Source of the DNA: a virus
DNA: 64,000 bases
Strand: one strand, 5' to 3'
Virus record (IMG/VR): IMGVR_UViG_3300020048_000056
Span: 1-64,000 of that record
Made by a program: the position numbers and the translations under genes. A model generated the notes under the pieces. That model did no database searches. It was not told where the DNA came from and saw only the letters and a program-made list of their open reading frames with translations. Positions 56,997 to 64,000 of this stretch are shown one piece after another (the first letter of the stretch is position 1; each line of letters opens with the position of its first letter).

Positions 56997-58541
56997 ATGG
57001 ACATTAATAAGGCAAGTTGGTCTACAAATGACAATCATATTCGTCTTTCTATGCCAATTAATAAGATAGATAAGGAACGCAGAATCGTTACTGGTTTCGC
57101 TACTCTTGATAACCTTGATCGTCAAGGAGATGTTGTTCCAAAGGAAGCAAGCCTTAAGGCTTTTGAATCCTTTCGTGGAAACATTCGTGAGATGCATCAG
57201 CCTATCGCTGTTGGCAAGGTAGTTTCTTTTAAGGAAGACACTTATTTTGATCCAGAATCAAAGAGTTTCTATAATGGCATTGTTGTTTCTGCATACGTTA
57301 GTAAAGGGGCACAGGATACTTGGGAAAAGGTTCTTGATGGAACTCTTACAGGATTCTCTATTGGTGGAGAGATTCATGACTCAGAAAATGTATTTGATGA
57401 AGATATGGGTAAGACTTATCAAGTAATCAAAGAATATTCACTTAGTGAATTATCCTTGGTAGATAATCCAGCAAATCAATTTGCTAATGTATTTAGTATC
57501 GAAAAGGGTATTGCTACTGGATACCTTTCAAAGACAGCAACTGAAAATGTTTATTGGTGCAGGAAGTGTGACATTGTAAAAATGTCTTCTGCATCATCTT
57601 GCGTTTGCCCACAATGTGATGCATCAATGAATAGCATTGGTTTTGTTGAGAGCAATGACGCTGAAAAAGCAATGGTTGTTAAAACAATGGTTTCTGAAAT
57701 AAAGAAAAGTGAAATTCAAAAGGGAATAGAAGTTGGTTCGTATGTCAAATCAAGTGACGGATATGCTCGTGTATCTGAGATAATCTTCCATGGTGGAGCA
57801 AGACTATCATCCCAAGAAGTAGCAATAATGGCGAAGTCAAGTGATCCAGTTGTTGTGCTTAAGGTATATTCACAAAATGACGGTACAATAGTACCTACCA
57901 ATCGTCGTATTGTTAAAAATATTTCTTCATTAGAAAAGATTAATACGATTAGTAAATCAGAGGAGGTAAGTAATATGAACTCAGACATTATCATTGTAGA
58001 TGAGATTGAAAAGAGCATGAGTGAAGAGCAGGTTAATCCTCCAGAGGAGACTGCTATTCCCGTAACTGTAACAGATCACACAAATTCTGAAGCAGCAAAA
58101 GCAATCGAAGTCGAAATTGAAGAAGATGATTCAGAAGATTCTGCTGATGAAGCAGAGGACATGACTGAAGAAGATTCTATGGGAGAAGATATGAAAGAAG
58201 AGGTTGCCGTTAAAATGGATACACCTAGTGATGAAACTACCATGAAAATGGTTGGTGAAATTGCTGAGACTCTTTCAGCAACTCTCTCTACCCTTGCAGA
58301 AACAGTAAAGGCTCTTGATGCCAAGATTGAAGGCATTCATAAGTCAATTACTGGACTAAGTGGCGAGGTAGATGAAGTAAAAAATAGTTTTGGTAAGCGT
58401 GTCGATGCAGTCGAAAAAGACACCGCTTTCCGTAAATCTGCTGATCTTGGCGAGATCTTGCAGGAAGAACCAGTTATGGAGAAGTCAATGACTTCCACAT
58501 GGAACGGTCGTTTCCTCACAAATGCCGATCTATTTAACTAA
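56997..58541 (+). CDS. prohead protease fused to scaffold-like C-terminus
   Basis: RIVTGFAT..D.QGD, IREMH, GFSIGG, ELSLVDNPANQ; acidic coiled-coil tail. Confidence 0.9.
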   Translation: MDINKASWSTNDNHIRLSMPINKIDKERRIVTGFATLDNLDRQGDVVPKEASLKAFESFRGNIREMHQPIAVGKVVSFKEDTYFDPESKSFYNGIVVSAYVSKGAQDTWEKVLDGTLTGFSIGGEIHDSENVFDEDMGKTYQVIKEYSLSELSLVDNPANQFANVFSIEKGIATGYLSKTATENVYWCRKCDIVKMSSASSCVCPQCDASMNSIGFVESNDAEKAMVVKTMVSEIKKSEIQKGIEVGSYVKSSDGYARVSEIIFHGGARLSSQEVAIMAKSSDPVVVLKVYSQNDGTIVPTNRRIVKNISSLEKINTISKSEEVSNMNSDIIIVDEIEKSMSEEQVNPPEETAIPVTVTDHTNSEAAKAIEVEIEEDDSEDSADEAEDMTEEDSMGEDMKEEVAVKMDTPSDETTMKMVGEIAETLSATLSTLAETVKALDAKIEGIHKSITGLSGEVDEVKNSFGKRVDAVEKDTAFRKSADLGEILQEEPVMEKSMTSTWNGRFLTNADLFN

Positions 58542-58575
58542 AATAACAGAAAGAAATTCAGGAGGTGAAAGTCAA

Positions 58576-59712
58576 ATGACAGAAATTATTAAGAATCAGC
58601 CATCCGATACTGGTGAATACGGCGATCCAAGTCCAGGTTTATACCAAGGACAGGGCGCAGTTGCCAACCTCGGAATTGGTGGAACAGAAGGCGTCATGGG
58701 AGGCGATGCTTGGGGAACCCCAGGTAACATTCCTAACGCAAACTATGGAGATCTATCAGGACCAAACGCAGTTAATCCAACTGGCGTTCCTGGCGGTATC
58801 CTCAACCCAGAGCAGGCTCGTCGTTTTATCGACTACGTTTGGGATGCAACAGTTCTCGCACAAGATGGTCGTAGAGTTACAATGCGTGCAAACACGATTG
58901 AACTTGAGAAGGTCAATGTTGGAGAGCGCGTAATTCGTGCTGCAAATCAGGCACTTGGCGATTATGTCAATGCTGGTGCAACATTCACAAAGGTTGAGTT
59001 GACAACAAAGAAGATCCGTTTGGATTGGGAAGTTGCAACAGAGGCTCTTGAAGATAACATCGAAGGCTCAGCATTAGAGGATCACTTGGTCCGCTTGATG
59101 ACAAACGCATTCGGTAACGATCTTGAGGATCTTGCTATCAATGGCGATGGAGGTATTGATCCATTCCTAGGTATCATGAACGGCTTTGTTAATCAGGTCC
59201 AGTTCTCTGGCGATGCTCACGAAGCAGTTGTTGATGTTACAGGTGGATGGACCCCAGAGGTCATGCAAGAAATCATCTATGCACTTCCACGCAAGTACCG
59301 TGCAATCAAGACTGGCCTAAAGTTCTATGCAGGTACAGATGTATTCGCAAACATCGTTAGAAATAACGGTACACTTGCAGATGCTATCTCTGAGGCACTT
59401 ATGCCACGAGTCAGCGGTACTCCAGGCCGTCGTGAGGATTACCTTTCAGGTGGTGCTCAGACATTTGGTGGCGCTCGCACAACTCGCGTTCTTGGTATCG
59501 ATGTTCAGGAAGTTCCTTACTACCCTGCGGACTTTGTAGATCTTACATTCCCACAGAACCGTGTATGGGGATTCCAACGCGATATCACAGTTAATCGTGA
59601 GTACAAGCCAAAGAAGGACACAATTGAGTACACAGTATTCGTCCGTTTTGGTCTTACTTGGGAAGAACTAGACGCAGTTGCTTATGCAGATACAAACCCA
59701 TTCACATCCTAA
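58576..59712 (+). CDS. major capsid protein (HK97 fold)
   Basis: GGILNPEQA.RFI, ELTTKKIRL, EALEDNIEG, NDLEDLAINGD; AGGAGG RBS. Confidence 0.92.
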   Translation: MTEIIKNQPSDTGEYGDPSPGLYQGQGAVANLGIGGTEGVMGGDAWGTPGNIPNANYGDLSGPNAVNPTGVPGGILNPEQARRFIDYVWDATVLAQDGRRVTMRANTIELEKVNVGERVIRAANQALGDYVNAGATFTKVELTTKKIRLDWEVATEALEDNIEGSALEDHLVRLMTNAFGNDLEDLAINGDGGIDPFLGIMNGFVNQVQFSGDAHEAVVDVTGGWTPEVMQEIIYALPRKYRAIKTGLKFYAGTDVFANIVRNNGTLADAISEALMPRVSGTPGRREDYLSGGAQTFGGARTTRVLGIDVQEVPYYPADFVDLTFPQNRVWGFQRDITVNREYKPKKDTIEYTVFVRFGLTWEELDAVAYADTNPFTS

Positions 59713-59733
59713 TCAAGTGATGTGACTGTTTTT

Positions 59734-59762
59734 GGGGAGTAGCCTTTCGAGGTTGCTCCCCT
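59734..59762 (+). terminator. terminator after capsid gene
   Basis: ggggagtagcct-ttcg-aggttgctcccc. Confidence 0.8.
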
Positions 59763-59805
59763 TAAGCATATAATGATATAATTACAATAAGAAAAGGAGT
59801 TGCAC

Positions 59806-60240
59806 ATGTCTGAAGAAATTTTAGAAGAATCACTGGAAGTACCAAAAGCCGATAAGGTAATGGAACCAGTTGAAGTCGTAGTTGGTAAACTTGTAGAAGT
59901 TAAAGAAGATGCTCCAGAACTGGTAACTCAAAAAGTTATCTCTGGTCCAAAAAAGACAAGAGCGCCAAAGAAGTCAAACGTTCAGGCAAAGAGCAATAAC
60001 GCTATTGGTTCAGGAGCAGCAGATAGAGCATTGGCAAGAAAGGTAGATACAACAAAGCCAAAGCGAGATGAATCTGAGATGATAGCGCTTTGGTCAGACA
60101 AGAATATTAGATGGTCAGATGTTGGAACTATCTGTAAGGGTTATAATATTGTATCTAAGGAGGCAGCCGTAAAGTGGACTTCAAAGGCTGGTATCCGCGA
60201 GGCTACCCCAGAAGAAGTTGCAACATACTACGGCGCATAA
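59806..60240 (+). CDS. hypothetical head-module protein
   Basis: AAGGAG RBS; KGYNIV..EAA.KW...REATPEEVA motif. Confidence 0.7.
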   Translation: MSEEILEESLEVPKADKVMEPVEVVVGKLVEVKEDAPELVTQKVISGPKKTRAPKKSNVQAKSNNAIGSGAADRALARKVDTTKPKRDESEMIALWSDKNIRWSDVGTICKGYNIVSKEAAVKWTSKAGIREATPEEVATYYGA

Positions 60241-60243
60241 TAT

Positions 60244-61233
60244 ATGGAGATTACCAGATTACAACCATTCCCATTAGTATTTAATCATTCAGGGTTTGAG
60301 CCAGAAACTGATTATGTTCTGGCCATCCTTGATGATCATGCAACTGATCTTGTAGAGATCGCTACGGCTAGTGATATAGATGGAAATATCATCACTCCTT
60401 TACCTGCTTATTTTTCTAGATATGATGATGAGTATCGTGGAGAAGTTTATTATAGTTTGGGGGTAGATCCAGTAACTGGACTAAATATTCGTGGAGATCT
60501 TCTTTGGATAGATACTATTACCATCATGCGACCATATGTTGACCCAGACGTATTGGCTGATACTCCAGATGATACTGCTGATGCAAAGATGTATGAAGCA
60601 ATTGCTCGTGCGATTATCAATTCAATTACTGGTGGATTCATGTATAAGCGTGAAGTTATTGAAACAGTTGGTTTAGGCGCTGATTATCTATCTGTACCAT
60701 TTAGACTTAATAAGATTATTAGAGTATACGAAAATGATGTTGTAGTTTATGATACAGAGCCTCTAGATCCCACAACTTGGGTTAATAGAAGAGAGTACTA
60801 CATCTCACCAGATAAGGCCACCATAAGCGTTGTAATGCCTAATACGACAGGATACAATCGTATGCAGTCCAAAGCGGTACAGCCACAAATGCCTGCATCA
60901 GATTCTTTTACCTTGTATAACACAAATGATTCACCAAATATTATTCAGAATATTACTGGAAGCCCCATGTTCCCTTCTGGCTGGGACTATACTGTAATAG
61001 TTGATGCTGGATGGCCAATCATTCCTCAAGATATTAAGCAAGCAACACTGTTGATTGTTAATGATCTCAAGTGTAATAATATTCCATACATCAACTCCTA
61101 CATTAAAAGTTACAAGAGTGATCAATTCACCCTACAATTCGCTGACGATGTTTTCACAGATACGGGAAATCGTATTGCAGATAAGATTCTTTCTGCATAC
61201 GTCCGACCAATCTATCGCCTAGGTGTACTGTAA
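60244..61233 (+). CDS. head-to-tail adaptor
   Basis: Position; GW..IP.DIKQAT, TGN.IADKIL..Y motifs. Confidence 0.75.
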   Translation: MEITRLQPFPLVFNHSGFEPETDYVLAILDDHATDLVEIATASDIDGNIITPLPAYFSRYDDEYRGEVYYSLGVDPVTGLNIRGDLLWIDTITIMRPYVDPDVLADTPDDTADAKMYEAIARAIINSITGGFMYKREVIETVGLGADYLSVPFRLNKIIRVYENDVVVYDTEPLDPTTWVNRREYYISPDKATISVVMPNTTGYNRMQSKAVQPQMPASDSFTLYNTNDSPNIIQNITGSPMFPSGWDYTVIVDAGWPIIPQDIKQATLLIVNDLKCNNIPYINSYIKSYKSDQFTLQFADDVFTDTGNRIADKILSAYVRPIYRLGVL

Positions 61234-61721
61234 TGGCTGGATTATTTGGAACAAATGTATGCGATAGTCTATTTTTTCAAATGCAATCAGATATATATTA
61301 TGCAACTGAGTCACAGGATAAGTATGGAAAGATAGATAAGGATTGGTCCTTTGATATGGTTGAACCTTGCTCATTCTATACATTAGGAGATAAGAGCAAT
61401 GATGATAACTTTAATTTTGAGGATAAAAGATTCTATAAGTTAGAGACAATGCTTTATGGTAGATTTGCTACCGATCCCCGCAAAGATTCATCAGGCTTGT
61501 ATCATCCACTATCTCACATCCTTGTATCTAATATTCGTGGGGCAACCTGTAATGAAGAAACATTCTTTATTGAAAGTAATGGAGACTATGCAGGCAAGCC
61601 AACAATCTTTGAAATTAAGACCTGTCAGCCCTTTGTTGGACCCTTCAACACTGTTGAGTACTACAAGATCCAATTAGAAAGATCAGATACTCAGGAGTTG
61701 AATCCCATTGTTAACTGCTAA
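61233..61721 (+). CDS. head-to-tail stopper-like protein
   Basis: Synteny after adaptor. Confidence 0.6.
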   Translation: MAGLFGTNVCDSLFFQMQSDIYYATESQDKYGKIDKDWSFDMVEPCSFYTLGDKSNDDNFNFEDKRFYKLETMLYGRFATDPRKDSSGLYHPLSHILVSNIRGATCNEETFFIESNGDYAGKPTIFEIKTCQPFVGPFNTVEYYKIQLERSDTQELNPIVNC

Positions 61722-62382
61722 GATAGATACCATTAACTTTAATAAAACAATGAAAAATGTTGTCAACTATTCAGAAGGATTTTTAAGCGGAGTAGAGTTA
61801 GAAAGAGCAAACTTCAACAAGTTTCTAGGTGGATTTACAGCAGAAGCATTAGGAAAGTATATTGATTCTAAAGCCAGAATGAATAGCGGGGAGTTACATC
61901 ATGTGTACGAACCTGGGGAAACTGGGAATATTGGTGGAAGACTTTTTTCATTTAATGTAATTGCAACAAAAAGCCTAATCAATATTAATGGAAAGTTTTT
62001 ATTGTCAAAAAAGACTCCTACTAATGGTGGAGATCCTTTTATAAATAGAGCAGAAATAATGGAAAATGGAATTGCAATTACCATTGTTCCTAAAAATGGA
62101 GGAATGCTTGCTTTTGAGGACGGTGGAGAGATGGTCTTTACTAGAAAGTCAATCGTTATAGAGCATCCTGGTGGAGATGGAGTGGCTGGGAGTTTCGGAG
62201 CAGTTGTTGATGACTTCTTTCAGAATTTCTTTACTGGAGCAATGCTTAATCCAATACTTAATAAACTAAGCACTCCAAATGACTTTACTAGAAACTTAGC
62301 AGCGGGAGCAGTATCAGGAAAACCCATAGGAGTTAGAGCGGGAAGACAGTATCTTAATATGGTAGGATTGACAGTAGAATGA
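61708..62382 (+). CDS. neck/tail completion protein
   Basis: Synteny; LHHVYE...RLF motif. Confidence 0.6.
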   Translation: MLTAKIDTINFNKTMKNVVNYSEGFLSGVELERANFNKFLGGFTAEALGKYIDSKARMNSGELHHVYEPGETGNIGGRLFSFNVIATKSLININGKFLLSKKTPTNGGDPFINRAEIMENGIAITIVPKNGGMLAFEDGGEMVFTRKSIVIEHPGGDGVAGSFGAVVDDFFQNFFTGAMLNPILNKLSTPNDFTRNLAAGAVSGKPIGVRAGRQYLNMVGLTVE

Positions 62383-62891
62383 CATTTGCCAATTTCACCT
62401 TACCCGTAATTACTGTTAATAACTACCTCTGGTCTGTTATGAAGCAGATAGAGCCAACCTTTGTTAAGAAATATGGAACAGTCCTTCCATTCTTTCCAAT
62501 AAGTGATTCAGCATCTGGAACAAAGTCTTGGGAAACAAAAACTTATGTAATTTACGATAGAATGTTTCAATCAACATCAAGTCCCTTTTATCCAATTAAA
62601 AAGGAGCATATCTTATATGCTGTAAAGGGTAAAGAAGAAGAGACATTAGAGTGGGGAATGGCAATTCAATATATCCTAGATCGTATGGATGATGCAGCAC
62701 AAGATATTAACTCTTGGAATAGATTGCAAGACAATCCTTCAAATGTTTATTTTCATAATATGAGAGTTTTCCAGACAAGAAGCATGAATTCTCAAAGTAG
62801 AGATTTCAGCAATAGACCATTTTACATTACTGAGTTTATAGTTGAGGCAGAATATCACCTCACAGATTCCCTAGAATCATATTTGACATAA
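62379..62891 (+). CDS. tail terminator-like protein
   Basis: Immediately upstream of major tail gene. Confidence 0.6.
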   Translation: MTFANFTLPVITVNNYLWSVMKQIEPTFVKKYGTVLPFFPISDSASGTKSWETKTYVIYDRMFQSTSSPFYPIKKEHILYAVKGKEEETLEWGMAIQYILDRMDDAAQDINSWNRLQDNPSNVYFHNMRVFQTRSMNSQSRDFSNRPFYITEFIVEAEYHLTDSLESYLT

Positions 62892-62960
62892 ACTTAGAGT
62901 ATAATTGTATTTGAGGAAACACACGTTCAAAAATTCTAAAGAAAATAGAGGTGAAAAAAT

Positions 62961-63641
62961 ATGGCTTATACCCGTGGTGATTCAAAGCAGATTATTGTTG
63001 GTGCAGCATCCTTGTTTGTATCCAAAACTGCCGAATTTGATCCAACAAACGTTAGTCCAACACTACCAGATTTCGTAGCAGGTACTTCCTACCGCGAAAC
63101 ATTAACTGATGCTGTTGCTACCCCAGTAAGAAATGTTGGTTACACATCAAATGGTCTAGAAATTCAGTTCCAACCAGATTTTGGTGAGGTTCAGGTTGAC
63201 CAGTTGCTTGACGTTGCAAAACTATACAAGCAAGGAATGAAGGTTAACCTTAATACATCTTTCGCAGAGGCTACCCTTGAGAATCTTCTCATGGCAATTG
63301 CTGCACAAAGTGCAGATCTTACAAGAGATCTTAAGATGGACAACCCCCTTGAGGCAGGATCAGTCAACTATGCTGACGTTCTAGAACTCAAGTCAGGTGA
63401 ACTTGGCTCTTGCCCAGTTGAGCGAGGAATTATCGCAATTGGTCCAGGTACAGGTGACTGTGCAGCAGGTACTTCAATCGAACGTATCTATGTTGCATAC
63501 CGTGCCCTCTCAATTGAGAATGTAACAGTTTCCGCAAAGCGTGACGCTGCTTCAATGTTCGACGTATCCTTCCGTTTGCTTCCTGCAAACAACGGTTCAT
63601 ATGGAAAGATCGTTGATCGTCTAGTTGCAACTTCAACCTGA
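62961..63641 (+). CDS. major tail (tube) protein
   Basis: IIVGAA, NVGYTSNGLE..QPD.GEV.VDQLLD, EATLENL motifs. Confidence 0.85.
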   Translation: MAYTRGDSKQIIVGAASLFVSKTAEFDPTNVSPTLPDFVAGTSYRETLTDAVATPVRNVGYTSNGLEIQFQPDFGEVQVDQLLDVAKLYKQGMKVNLNTSFAEATLENLLMAIAAQSADLTRDLKMDNPLEAGSVNYADVLELKSGELGSCPVERGIIAIGPGTGDCAAGTSIERIYVAYRALSIENVTVSAKRDAASMFDVSFRLLPANNGSYGKIVDRLVATST

Positions 63642-63665
63642 TAATTAAATAATAACTTAATAGAT

Positions 63666-63694
63666 GATTGCCCTCCTATTTTAGGGGGGCAATT
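63666..63694. terminator. stem-loop terminator
   Basis: attgccctcct-attt-taggggggcaat. Confidence 0.65.
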
Positions 63695-63754
63695 GTCATT
63701 GTAAAGGTAGGCACTTAATGATACAATTATCATCTAACAGGAAGAGGATTAAAT

Positions 63755-64000
63755 ATGGCAACAACAGTTTATGAGACAGTAGAATTAGAACTGATGAATG
63801 GTGATAAGATTACCATGCGTCCATTAAAGATCTCACTACTTAGAGCATTTATGACTAAGTTTGATAGCATCGTGGACTCTTCAGGAAGTAACGTAGATTC
63901 AATGGATATTCTTGTTGAATGCGCCATGATTGCTATGAAGCAGTACGCTCCAGAACTATCAGAAGATAAAGATAAGTTTGAGGATGTTGCAGATATCAAG
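63755..64000 (+). CDS. tail assembly chaperone (3' truncated)
   Basis: MATTVYETVELELMNGDKITMRPLKISLLRAFM; follows major tail gene; GAGG RBS. Confidence 0.75.
   Translation, partial: MATTVYETVELELMNGDKITMRPLKISLLRAFMTKFDSIVDSSGSNVDSMDILVECAMIAMKQYAPELSEDKDKFEDVADIK

Noticed and set aside
1-64000. Stop-codon reassignment
   Set aside because: Core genes are intact under the standard code and end in TAA, TAG or TGA; no suppressor tRNA seen.

Overview
This window is a 64-kb segment of a large, AT-rich (about 40% GC by eye), tailed dsDNA phage, probably lytic and siphovirus-like, that most likely infects an actinobacterium. The host call rests on actinobacterial-type small proteins, pervasive leaderless genes, and a head/tail gene order that I recall resembling large Streptomyces and freshwater actinophages. 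There are four blocks. (1) 1-16.4 kb, + strand: a tRNA cluster (Tyr, Thr, Glu, Gln, Ile, Lys, Leu, Asn) interleaved with a SpoU/TrmH methyltransferase and a sulfotransferase, followed by accessory genes including a beta-propeller/collar protein, a collagen-like protein, a secreted DUF3494 ice-binding-like protein, an ABC-ATPase-GNAT fusion and many small ORFs. (2) 16.4-31.1 kb, - strand: a putative early/host-takeover region of short genes (Ntn-hydrolase, DUF932, PD-(D/E)XK nuclease, HAD phosphatase, tRNA-Asp, an atypical tRNA-Trp). Eight co-oriented CTTAA..CTTAA..CCGGCC repeats cut it into cassettes. It is dense with apparent host-factor sites: 13 DnaA boxes, three CRP-like boxes, eight copies of a 26-27-bp palindrome, and six promoters that exactly match the actinobacterial PafBC (RecA-independent DNA-damage) motif TGTCRG-N10-TANNNT. 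(3) 31.4-49 kb: tail fibre/adhesin arsenal, probable lysis membrane genes, HNH endonuclease and thyX. (4) 49-64 kb: class II RNR, then portal, protease/scaffold, major capsid, head-tail and major tail genes. The most novel candidate system is the regulatory architecture of block 2, above all the apparent wiring of the phage's outermost genes to the host PafBC DNA-damage regulon next to a helically phased DnaA-box array. All family assignments come from motif recognition by eye; no database searches were run.
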